A stretch of DNA of 64,000 nt from Candidatus Latescibacterota bacterium. GTDB taxonomy: Bacteria > Latescibacterota > UBA2968. Positions 48,743-57,551 of the stretch are shown here, piece by piece. The translations under genes and the position numbers were made by a program. The notes beneath the pieces are model-generated. The model was not told where the DNA came from and made no database searches. It saw only the letters and a program-made list of their open reading frames with translations. Positions within the stretch are counted from its first letter, which is position 1; each line of letters starts with the position of its first letter. The stretch lies in the NCBI GenBank assembly GCA_965207885.1, contig OZ242311.1, positions 3,200,001 to 3,264,000 of the forward strand, given 5' to 3'.

Positions 48743-49996
48743 ATGGCACAGATTCTAAATCATCCCATTCTAAAAAAAAGTCCCATTGCCCAGGTAGCAC
48801 TCTATCTTGCGGCCCTTTTTGTTGGCCTCTATATCTGCACAAAAGCGGCGATCTGGCTCGATGGAGCTATCACCGGACTGCAAGGTGGGCAAGTCCTTCA
48901 GGGGGGAACTTTTTGGAAGGCACTTACCGTCACATTCCAACAACCCGACAATCCAAAGCAAAAAATTGCAGTCACTGATATCCGCTTTAAGAATGTAGAT
49001 CGTTTTTTACCCATCGCCGTAATCGTACACACACAGGGAAGTGACGTAACCTATCATACCGGTACGCAACGCGAATGGATCGCAATACCCGACGTGCCCG
49101 TCGATAGCCTCGTCATTCGTACGCGCAACGCCAGCCACAGTGCGGTGATTGACGATTTGAGTTTTCAGTACAACAACCGGAGCTATGCGATGGACTTTGA
49201 CCATACAGCCGATGGTCCTATTGCGCCCAATACGCAGATGCTCGAATACAAGTTTGAGGACATCCAAATCGCATTTGCAGCCGACAATGCCGTACCCACG
49301 GTTGTTCGCGGCGGTGATTTGGCCGAATCCATCGGACGCTATATCTCCAACATCAGCGGTCCACTTTCTACGGTTTTGATCTTGCTCTTGATTGCCCTGC
49401 CCTTCTATATGGTTGTGCGCTATGCTCAGGTTTTATCTCACGACTTATCACCCGACCGATTCTTCACCAATTCCGATGCGCAAATCGTTCAGAAGCAGGG
49501 TATTAACCTGCTATGGGGCGGTCAATACAACGCCGATTACGCCCTATCTGAAAACACAGAACTCTATGCTATCCTTACATCTGTCGAATCTGAAATCGCA
49601 TCTGACCAGGCCCGATTGGTCGAGCGATGCACCGACAAAATCTATCTTCTCTTTGATGAAATTGAAGATCGCCTATCCGAAGGATTTGGCATGTTGGGAC
49701 TTTTATCGCTCTCCATGGGCCTTTTGGGCACAGTGATTGGCATGATAGACGCCTTCAAAATTTTAGAAGACACCATGAAAGTCGGCGAAGGCCCAGCTCA
49801 AACCCAGCTCAAAATGGCGCATTATATCAACTTTGCCCTCGTCACCACAGCTATTGGATTTCTCGGACGCATTCTATCCATGATCCTCATACGCAAAACC
49901 AAAGCCCGCAGCCTGCAACATCGGGCGCGCATGCTCAACCTTGTTCAGCACTTTTATCAGATAGATACAGGCGAGAGAAAAGAAATAGGAGATTGA
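48743..49996 (+). CDS. MotA/TolQ/ExbB proton-channel protein with extra N-terminal domain
   Basis: GLLGTVIGMIDAF and ALVTTAIG motifs, plus an extra N-terminal TM and beta-rich domain. Start uncertain (48677-48743). Confidence 0.85.
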   Translation: MAQILNHPILKKSPIAQVALYLAALFVGLYICTKAAIWLDGAITGLQGGQVLQGGTFWKALTVTFQQPDNPKQKIAVTDIRFKNVDRFLPIAVIVHTQGSDVTYHTGTQREWIAIPDVPVDSLVIRTRNASHSAVIDDLSFQYNNRSYAMDFDHTADGPIAPNTQMLEYKFEDIQIAFAADNAVPTVVRGGDLAESIGRYISNISGPLSTVLILLLIALPFYMVVRYAQVLSHDLSPDRFFTNSDAQIVQKQGINLLWGGQYNADYALSENTELYAILTSVESEIASDQARLVERCTDKIYLLFDEIEDRLSEGFGMLGLLSLSMGLLGTVIGMIDAFKILEDTMKVGEGPAQTQLKMAHYINFALVTTAIGFLGRILSMILIRKTKARSLQHRARMLNLVQHFYQIDTGERKEIGD

Positions 49997-49997
49997 C

Positions 49998-50528
49998 GTG
50001 AGACATCGCAACAGGCGACCTTTGGCAGCACTTTTAGACACGGGCGAAGGGTTTATTGATGTCTTGTTTTTGCTGCTTACATTTTTTATCATTCAGAACG
50101 TGTGGCAAACCCATCTCGCCAATTTACACAACCGCTTTGTCCACGCACAAAAACTCAATTTTATCAAAGCACCCGACGAAAAAGGCTCTGCCCCCCATCC
50201 CACGGATGAACGATTTTTACAGATCATCATCGGTAAATCCTATGTGCAATTTGACAAAGGCGGCGTTGCCACCGAAGAACACATGGTCTTTCAAGACCGC
50301 GCAGACAACGACCAGATTGGTGTTGAACGCGCTGTATTTTTGTCCGTAAAAAAAGCTTTACTCGCACTACAGGCACAACATGGATTTGCGCCCAATGACA
50401 TTTTGGTGCGCCTCTATTTTGAACGCGATGCAACCGTGACTTATACCGTTGGCGTGTACGACGCCCTCAACAACAGTGGATTTAAGACTGTGCAATGGGG
50501 GCTTGAAAGTCAAAAAAGAAAGTTGTAA
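49998..50528 (+). CDS. ExbD/TolR-like protein
   Basis: Basic N-terminus, FIDVLFLLLTFFII with the conserved Asp, C-terminal VYDALNNSGFKTV. Confidence 0.8.
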   Translation: MRHRNRRPLAALLDTGEGFIDVLFLLLTFFIIQNVWQTHLANLHNRFVHAQKLNFIKAPDEKGSAPHPTDERFLQIIIGKSYVQFDKGGVATEEHMVFQDRADNDQIGVERAVFLSVKKALLALQAQHGFAPNDILVRLYFERDATVTYTVGVYDALNNSGFKTVQWGLESQKRKL

Positions 50529-50536
50529 AATAGAAT

Positions 50537-51895
50537 ATGTCTCCCCGTGAAAAAAAAATGATCCAGAGCGCTGCTGAAAGCATGCGACGAGATCATCCCA
50601 AATTCTTTGGCGTGTTATCTGCCATACTGCGCGCTCGCAACTTGGCTGAGGCGCGTCGGGCATGTAATTATCCCTCGTCCGAAGACTTTACAAGCGTCTA
50701 TCACCGGGCCATCGAATATCTCTTCAAACAGTTGCGTGACCTGGGGTATGTCCCCCCATCGGAAACCGATAGCTTTGAGGAAAGCATAGGGCAGAGTGCG
50801 CCATCGGGCCATTTCAAATTGCCCTCACGCGAAATCATCAATCGCTTCTACAAAGGCCATATCTTCCACGAAGCATGCGCGCTTGTGGCCATACAGAATC
50901 ACCTGGGGCTTTCCAAACTCTGGGCGCACTTCCCCAAGCGCCGGCATGAAATAGAAATCGCCATCGCCCTTGTTCCGGTCCAGGCGATAGTCCCTCAACT
51001 ACAGTCCATTCGCTTGTCCCATACCCCTATTCAACGCACACAACAACGCTTTTTGTCCGCATTGGCCGGTGCGTTTGCACTGGGCATCGTCTTGCTATTA
51101 GCACTCAGTCCTCCTCAGGGAGGGAGGGCATTCAAAGCCATTGTCACAAATTTTGAAGATATGCTCGTAAGTGCGCAGGGCATCTTTGACATGAGCAAAA
51201 ACGCACGAGAAGACGTCAACGTAACAAAACCAGATCCAGAACCCCGGGTGCAGGCTGCCCCAAAGCCAGCGCCTCGTCCTAAAATCGCGCTGCCGGACAA
51301 ACCGAAATTGGCACTCGCATCTTTGCCCGATATTCCGCGCCAACTCGACAGACCATCGCTCGGTGGATTAAAAGCCCCGCCCCGTGTCTCGACACCCAAC
51401 ATGGACAGAGGTGCAAACCCATCGTCGTTTTTTGGTTCGCGGCCAGAAGTCCATGTCGCTCGCGCCACTATGAGTATGCCCGCCCCTGCCACATTGCCAT
51501 CAACTGGCGCGAGCGCAGGCAAAGATCAGCCCGAGCAACAAGCAGAATCCACCGATCTCAAAGGCTACCGGCCTGCTGGACGCATTGGTTTTTCCAACTT
51601 TCATACATCGGGTGGTCTCTCGGCAGAACTCGTGCGGCTGACCCGTATCCAGCGCGCACTTTCTCGACTGAAAATGCCTCAAAACAGAATATATGAAAAT
51701 GCCCAACTCACATTGGCGCCAGACAAAGCCAGAATACAATTTGCCGACGGTGTTGCATTTATCCTCACATTTCGGCTGGGCCAACTCGACGACATTCAGA
51801 TTTTTGCACGCTCGGGCATAGACAAAGCCCTTCACATAGAAACCGAAGCGCGCCGGGGCATCCGCTTTCTCAACCGCGCCCTGAGCAATTCGTGA
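50537..51895 (+). CDS. Single-TM protein with Pro-rich linker (atypical TonB/TolA-like)
   Basis: About 170-aa N-domain, TM FLSALAGAFALGIVLLLAL, linker KPDPEPRVQAAPKPAPRPK. Follows exbBD. Confidence 0.55.
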   Translation: MSPREKKMIQSAAESMRRDHPKFFGVLSAILRARNLAEARRACNYPSSEDFTSVYHRAIEYLFKQLRDLGYVPPSETDSFEESIGQSAPSGHFKLPSREIINRFYKGHIFHEACALVAIQNHLGLSKLWAHFPKRRHEIEIAIALVPVQAIVPQLQSIRLSHTPIQRTQQRFLSALAGAFALGIVLLLALSPPQGGRAFKAIVTNFEDMLVSAQGIFDMSKNAREDVNVTKPDPEPRVQAAPKPAPRPKIALPDKPKLALASLPDIPRQLDRPSLGGLKAPPRVSTPNMDRGANPSSFFGSRPEVHVARATMSMPAPATLPSTGASAGKDQPEQQAESTDLKGYRPAGRIGFSNFHTSGGLSAELVRLTRIQRALSRLKMPQNRIYENAQLTLAPDKARIQFADGVAFILTFRLGQLDDIQIFARSGIDKALHIETEARRGIRFLNRALSNS

Positions 51896-51909
51896 GGTCG
51901 CTTATGATT

Positions 51910-53289
51910 ATGAAAAAAATCTTCCTTATCTTCTTCGTTTTTTTGATTTTGCCAGCCCTTTCTTTTGCGCAGGGAAAGGACGACAGCCTCGCCTATCAGT
52001 CTTTTGAGCAGGGCCGCAGTGCTTACGCGCTTGGGCGATATATTGAAGCCGTCGCACATTTTGAGCGTGCGTGCAACCAGGCTCTCATCTTTACCAGTGC
52101 CTATTATATCTGGCTGGGCACGGCAGGCGAGCGTGCCTACGACACGGGTCAGGACGCGCCCAACCGATTGGACCTGCTCAGAAAAAGTGCCGACGCCTAC
52201 CGCACGGCGCTCGACCGCGAGCAAGACCCCGATATTCGCTACGAATTGGGACGTCTCACCGTCAAATACGCGATGGCGCGTGCCAACTTCGTGCTTGAGC
52301 GCGAAAGCAACCGCCAACCTCTGCCGCTGGATTTGCCCCCGCCAGTATTGCGAGACAGCACCTGGATACCCACGCGCTTTCAACCCGCAACAATTGACTC
52401 CCTGCACCGAATATGGCATCTCGCAGAGGGTGGTCTGCGCGACATTTGGATGGCGATTCTCGGCAGAACGCAAAAGGAAATTGTCTATGCTGCGCCGCAA
52501 CGCAGCACCATGAGTGACACCCTTCAGGCTTATTTAAGCGTCTATATCGAAAACAGCCTGAACCTGATCGAGACCGCCGGACAGGCCAATTTTGAAGGCA
52601 TAGAACCCGATTTTTACATCCCCAAAATTGCCGCCGCATCTTCTCGCGGCGTTTTGGGCGATAACCCCGACTGGTTCAATCAAGTGCTCGCTGCCGCGCG
52701 CTTTGATGGCGGTTATAACATGCGCTGTGCCATCTACCGCCTCAAGGGATTGCGCCACAGCAAAGAAGAAGAAGCCAACCGCGCAATCCACGCCATGCAA
52801 CGCGCTCTGGTCTATGCGAGATCCGATACCTCTCGCGCCGCCCTCTATCTCGACATGGCCTTCACCGCGTACCGAGACGACTTGCCCAGAGCCGTTGAAT
52901 ATGCCAAATACGCATACGCGCACAACCAATACGAACCGAGAGTGTGCGATACCTATGGCGGGCTTTCGCTCAGTTTGGCGAGTGTAAAACTCAAAGAAGG
53001 CGCGTACCGCGAGGCGATTTCAACCATTTATCCCGTGACATCCTTTGGATGGCAAGACCGCGGCGAAGCCCTGATCACCCTGGCGATTGCCTATTTCAAC
53101 TCCGACCTGCAAAATGTGGGAGCGAGAGCATACCAGGCCGCGGAAATGGCCTATCGCATTGCGCCAGAACGCTACTGGAAAGAATTTCATCGCATCGCCA
53201 AAAGTCAGGGCAACTATGTGCAAGCGCGTCAACTCGAAGAAAAGCACAGCAGCACGTTGCTCAGCAAAAAACAGGACACCTCCCCATGA
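51910..53289 (+). CDS. Exported tetratricopeptide-repeat protein
   Basis: Signal peptide MKKIFLIFFVFLILPALSFA, TPR-like helices such as FEQGRSAYALGRYIEAVAHFERA. Confidence 0.75.
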   Translation: MKKIFLIFFVFLILPALSFAQGKDDSLAYQSFEQGRSAYALGRYIEAVAHFERACNQALIFTSAYYIWLGTAGERAYDTGQDAPNRLDLLRKSADAYRTALDREQDPDIRYELGRLTVKYAMARANFVLERESNRQPLPLDLPPPVLRDSTWIPTRFQPATIDSLHRIWHLAEGGLRDIWMAILGRTQKEIVYAAPQRSTMSDTLQAYLSVYIENSLNLIETAGQANFEGIEPDFYIPKIAAASSRGVLGDNPDWFNQVLAAARFDGGYNMRCAIYRLKGLRHSKEEEANRAIHAMQRALVYARSDTSRAALYLDMAFTAYRDDLPRAVEYAKYAYAHNQYEPRVCDTYGGLSLSLASVKLKEGAYREAISTIYPVTSFGWQDRGEALITLAIAYFNSDLQNVGARAYQAAEMAYRIAPERYWKEFHRIAKSQGNYVQARQLEEKHSSTLLSKKQDTSP

Positions 53290-54986
53290 ACACCCTGAGA
53301 TTTATTTTTTTTTGCATCCTGCTGACCACACCGCTCCACATCCAGGCTCAAGAAACAGAGCCTGCGCCGAGGATGCTTTTCAAGACGAAAATCCACATTC
53401 GCTCAGAACCCACAGGTGCTCAGGTCTTCATCAATGGGCAGGAAGCGGGTTATACGCCATTTGTCACAGAAAAGCTACTGGACATTGGCGATAAAATTCA
53501 GGCGTATGCACACGGCTACCAGCCCTGGATGCGCACATTTACGACAACCGTTTTGGCAGATACGGTGCATATCGCGCTCATACGTCAGAAAGCGCATTTG
53601 GAGATCCGATCTGATCAACTCGCGGCCTTAGGCGCAGAAATCCACCTTCGGTTTGCAGATCAAGACACGACCATCACCGGGTTTATCAACATCGGACGCG
53701 GCAATGTGGCTTATGAGTCGGACCTTTTTGTGGGCAAATACCGCCTCGAAATCAGCAAACCCGGCTTTAACCTCATCGAACAAGACCTCTTTCTGCCCCC
53801 GCGTGGCAAACTCATAGAAATTAGGCTTACCCGCAATCCGCTGCCACTCACGGAATTGTCCATCCCCGGTCTCGTGGATATCGCAGACCAATACCTCGCC
53901 GAAAGCGCGCAACTCCTCGAGGCTGCCCTGGCCATTGGCGAAACAGTCCCCGCGGTTGAAACCAATGCGTCTATCCGCCTCAGCGACTCGCGCCTGACGC
54001 CTTTTATCGAAGACTTGAAATACTATAGCCACCAGACGCGCGAATTAGAACTCACGCTGAGTCGCCTGGGACAAAGCGAAATCGGCGTGCTGCGCGCCCT
54101 CGCGCAAATTGATGTGTACCATGGTATTGTGCTCGGCAAATACCGCCGCTTCTCAGAAGCGCACGCGCTCTTCCGAGAAGCCCGAGAGCGTTCTCCTTTT
54201 CCCATTGAACAAGAACCCAATCCCCTTCCAGGGGAAAACGAGTCCAGTCTGGGCGATCTCACGCGCTTTGCCGAACAATGGCACACACGTCTCGGTCGAT
54301 TAGATGTCAACGTAAATGCGGCCTGGCTCGCCATTCGCAACATGCACCCCAACACCCTGCGCTTTGAACAGGTGCGCTTCACGCGAGAGGCACCCGTGCC
54401 CCCGGCCACATCACCGCACGAACAAGCCATGTACGATAGCCTCACTACCCTTGCCGAACACATCTTGAACGAGAATATCGCCAATCGGGAGCAAGAGTTT
54501 TCTCTCACCCTTCCCAAAGGCCATTACATGCTCAAAGATACGCAAAACATGGCCATTCCCATTTCATTCCGAGTTTCCGATGCCCCTACTTTTCTACCCA
54601 TCTCACCGCGCGTCAGCCTGTGGTTGCCCACCGCCAAAACCGCGTCGGATACGGTTCGCTTGCAAACCGTCGTCGGGGACGAACTCGGCCCGATTGTTCA
54701 ACCCGACCAAATTACTTTTGGCCGAGAATACGCACTTCTGGTCAAAATGGGCGATTACAAACGCCACCGCGAAAACATCATCCTCTATCCTGCAAGCGGC
54801 ATCAAACCCGTCTGGCCCGGCGTCACCGCCATTGCAGCGACCCCAGGTATGGAATGCCTGTATTACAAAACAGGAAATAAAAAATTGGAGACATCTATCC
54901 TCGGCAACATCCAGGGCAAACGCAGCGGACTTCTCAAATATCTGCTCATCCCCATCGTCGGCATAGGCGTTGCCCTCGCGCTGTGA
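53286..54986 (+). CDS. Exported PEGA-domain protein with C-terminal hydrophobic anchor
   Basis: ATGA overlap with the TPR gene, signal peptide, PEGA motif IRSEPTGAQVFING..GYTP, and end KRSGLLKYLLIPIVGIGVALAL*. Confidence 0.8.
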   Translation: MNTLRFIFFCILLTTPLHIQAQETEPAPRMLFKTKIHIRSEPTGAQVFINGQEAGYTPFVTEKLLDIGDKIQAYAHGYQPWMRTFTTTVLADTVHIALIRQKAHLEIRSDQLAALGAEIHLRFADQDTTITGFINIGRGNVAYESDLFVGKYRLEISKPGFNLIEQDLFLPPRGKLIEIRLTRNPLPLTELSIPGLVDIADQYLAESAQLLEAALAIGETVPAVETNASIRLSDSRLTPFIEDLKYYSHQTRELELTLSRLGQSEIGVLRALAQIDVYHGIVLGKYRRFSEAHALFREARERSPFPIEQEPNPLPGENESSLGDLTRFAEQWHTRLGRLDVNVNAAWLAIRNMHPNTLRFEQVRFTREAPVPPATSPHEQAMYDSLTTLAEHILNENIANREQEFSLTLPKGHYMLKDTQNMAIPISFRVSDAPTFLPISPRVSLWLPTAKTASDTVRLQTVVGDELGPIVQPDQITFGREYALLVKMGDYKRHRENIILYPASGIKPVWPGVTAIAATPGMECLYYKTGNKKLETSILGNIQGKRSGLLKYLLIPIVGIGVALAL

Positions 54987-55006
54987 GAATGCAACCAGGT
55001 CAAAAA

Positions 55007-55045
55007 ACAAAAAAGCACCCGTTTTTTATTCGGGTGCTTTTTGTT
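55007..55045. terminator. Bidirectional intrinsic terminator
   Basis: AAAAAGCACCCG/CGGGTGCTTTTT between convergent genes. Confidence 0.85.
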
Positions 55046-55074
55046 AATTTTAAATTTCTGTGATAATGCCTATC

Positions 55075-57516
55075 TCACAACCCAATCAAATACGACACCT
55101 TGAGCAACACGGCTCGGCTGGTCTGGTGTAAGTCGCCATCGGTTCCAAACCCGTGATCATAGACAAAGAAAATATCGCTGCCCGGACGGAAACGGTAGTT
55201 GAGCAAAAAGTTTGCGCCCACGGATTCGCTGTCACTATTCCACTGTGCAAAAATTTTAAAAAAGAAATCGGTTGTAAACGAATAAATCAACCGCGTACTC
55301 AATGCCTGAATATTGAGATTGGCCTGTGGCAAGCGAATCCAATTGCCATCGTAAATCAACTCAATACCCAATCTGCCATTGGGCCGATAGGCATTCTCTG
55401 CCGTCACCCGATACAAGTGCCCTGTATAATAAGTCCCCACCAGAAAATCAAAGTCCAACTGCAATTTGCGATAATTTGCCGTATCCGGTCCCAGCCTGAA
55501 CGATGTAAAAGTATATTCGCGCGGCGGAATGGCGACATCGGGTCGCTTGCTCGACGGTCTAAAAGTCCGCGTAACAACATCGCGGGTCCTCTCCACACGC
55601 ACCAAAAAGCGATCAGCTGTCTGAAGGGCGAGCACACCGTCAAGTCTGAACCGCTGGAACGGTACCTCGCCTTCGTCGTCTTCAATCACCTGAATATCGG
55701 GCGTGAATCTCAAATTGCGGATATTGGCTACCCTGGGACGCGGCAAATAAGATAGATTGACATTGTAACGCCGAAATCCCCGAATCCCACGTCGGCGATT
55801 GACAAACCCCGCCTCTGGCTCAAAATTGTCCTCCACCTCCAGAACAGTTGCCGATCCCGCGTATTTGGTTCCACTATACGAAAAACGCAAATATCGCGCA
55901 TCATCCACTTCTTCTGAGTCCTTATCCCAGGTACGCGCGTAAAACGCCTGTACATTGACCGCGGTTGACGGCGAAAAACTGAAATCCAGTCCCCCAGCGC
56001 GATTGTAGTCGCCCCACCCACCTTCGGACACTTCGCTTTGTTTATTCACCCAGATAAATCCCACATTGGACCGTGCGAGCACATCGCGCTTGATCCGCAG
56101 AACGGAAAAATTCCTGCGCGGCAGTGTCTGTGTATCCAGCATCTCAGAATCCGTCAGAACATTTAATGCGCCAATACTGGTGCGTCCGGCTTTGCCAGCC
56201 AATTTCCCACCTGCGAGAATCGGCACGGGCTGCCCCCCATCCAGACCAATTCTCCTGCTGTAAAACAGCAGCGTTGGCGGGCGCACATCTCCACCGCGAG
56301 TTGACGCAGCCTCGCCAAAATCAAATAACTGCGCCCCCTCCAGGAAAAACTCGCGCTTTTCGGGAAAAAACTGGGAAAACTGCGTCAAATTCACCTGCTC
56401 TTGATCGGCTTCGACCTGGGCAAAATCCGTATTATAAGACACATCCAGCGCGAGATTGGACGTCAGGCCATAACGCACATCTGCACCCGCTTCAAACGTG
56501 CGATTCTCCCCCTCATCGCCTGTAAAATTGCGCGAAGTCCCCGGCAACACATACGGTTTGACCTGAAAAAGCCGCTTTCTCTCAACAGCCTTTAATCCGC
56601 GCAACACACCCATGTCGGTCATCTGATACCTCCGCCGGGGCGACGGCGTATGTCGTCCGACAATAAACGCGGTTTCTTCGTTCTTGTGTCCGATATAACG
56701 CCCCATGTTAATCCCCCATTCCATCTCATCAGACGGATTGAAACGGAGTTGATTAAAGGGAATCGCTATTTCGGCAGTCCAGCCCCTCTCATGACGCACA
56801 CACCGCGCCTCCCAGATACAATCCCAATCTTCATTCGTCGTTCGCCCTTCATTTGACAAAAGCATATCTGCCCGCGCGCCGAGCGCATTGACAAAAAAGA
56901 AAACCCCATTCTGTTTGTCATTAAACGGATCGAGCAACAACTGGATATTATCATCACCAGAAAGCTGAGAATCTCGGCGCATATTATTGGTAACAATGAG
57001 GCCGGGATTTTTGTCATAGCATTCAAAACCAAAATAAATTTTTTTATTGTCATAAATAATTTTCACAACCGTTCGTTCAGTAACCGGCATCCAGTATTTC
57101 GGATCGCGTTGCACAAAGCCCTCTGCGGCCTGCGCCTGCTGCCAGACCGCGTCGTCTAACCGCCCGTCAATGCGCGGTGCCGCTGCAACCCGCGTCGCAT
57201 GCACCACCCTGCGCGGTGAACCCGCAAGCGTGCCATCATCGGCCTGAATCCTATCGCCGGGTTTTACCGGCGAACCATTTTCCTCAACCACGCGCGCAAC
57301 CACCACATTGGACAACACCTTGATCACCTGCAAAACCGCACCATCATCGCCTGCAACCCGCAATTTGCCATCCAGGTCAGCCGAAAGCCCTTTTACATAG
57401 ACGAGATCACCCACCACCTGTTGCACCTCTCCCTGTGCATATATATGATCGGGAATTACAATTGTTATCAGTGCGAAAAATAATATCCGAAAACACATAA
57501 GCACCTCCTGATCCAA
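55075..57516 (-). CDS. CBM9-like / DUF5916 outer-membrane protein
   Basis: PRIDGRLDDAVW, WTAEIAIPF, NTDFAQVEAD, FFPEKREFFLEG, LFYSRRIG. Confidence 0.85.
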   Translation of the reverse strand: MDQEVLMCFRILFFALITIVIPDHIYAQGEVQQVVGDLVYVKGLSADLDGKLRVAGDDGAVLQVIKVLSNVVVARVVEENGSPVKPGDRIQADDGTLAGSPRRVVHATRVAAAPRIDGRLDDAVWQQAQAAEGFVQRDPKYWMPVTERTVVKIIYDNKKIYFGFECYDKNPGLIVTNNMRRDSQLSGDDNIQLLLDPFNDKQNGVFFFVNALGARADMLLSNEGRTTNEDWDCIWEARCVRHERGWTAEIAIPFNQLRFNPSDEMEWGINMGRYIGHKNEETAFIVGRHTPSPRRRYQMTDMGVLRGLKAVERKRLFQVKPYVLPGTSRNFTGDEGENRTFEAGADVRYGLTSNLALDVSYNTDFAQVEADQEQVNLTQFSQFFPEKREFFLEGAQLFDFGEAASTRGGDVRPPTLLFYSRRIGLDGGQPVPILAGGKLAGKAGRTSIGALNVLTDSEMLDTQTLPRRNFSVLRIKRDVLARSNVGFIWVNKQSEVSEGGWGDYNRAGGLDFSFSPSTAVNVQAFYARTWDKDSEEVDDARYLRFSYSGTKYAGSATVLEVEDNFEPEAGFVNRRRGIRGFRRYNVNLSYLPRPRVANIRNLRFTPDIQVIEDDEGEVPFQRFRLDGVLALQTADRFLVRVERTRDVVTRTFRPSSKRPDVAIPPREYTFTSFRLGPDTANYRKLQLDFDFLVGTYYTGHLYRVTAENAYRPNGRLGIELIYDGNWIRLPQANLNIQALSTRLIYSFTTDFFFKIFAQWNSDSESVGANFLLNYRFRPGSDIFFVYDHGFGTDGDLHQTSRAVLLKVSYLIGL

Positions 57517-57551
57517 TGTCCAAAAACAAACTCCCGAAATACGGGGGATTT

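Noticed and set aside
48743-50528. Flagellar stator MotAB or Zorya ZorAB
   Set aside because: The second gene has an ExbD-type TM and C-domain with no OmpA-like peptidoglycan-binding motif. There is no long ZorA tail, and no nuclease or helicase partner.
52944-53285. N-terminal extension of the PEGA protein given in the ORF track
   Set aside because: It overlaps the TPR gene by over 340 bp. ATG 53286 gives a clean signal peptide and an ATGA overlap.
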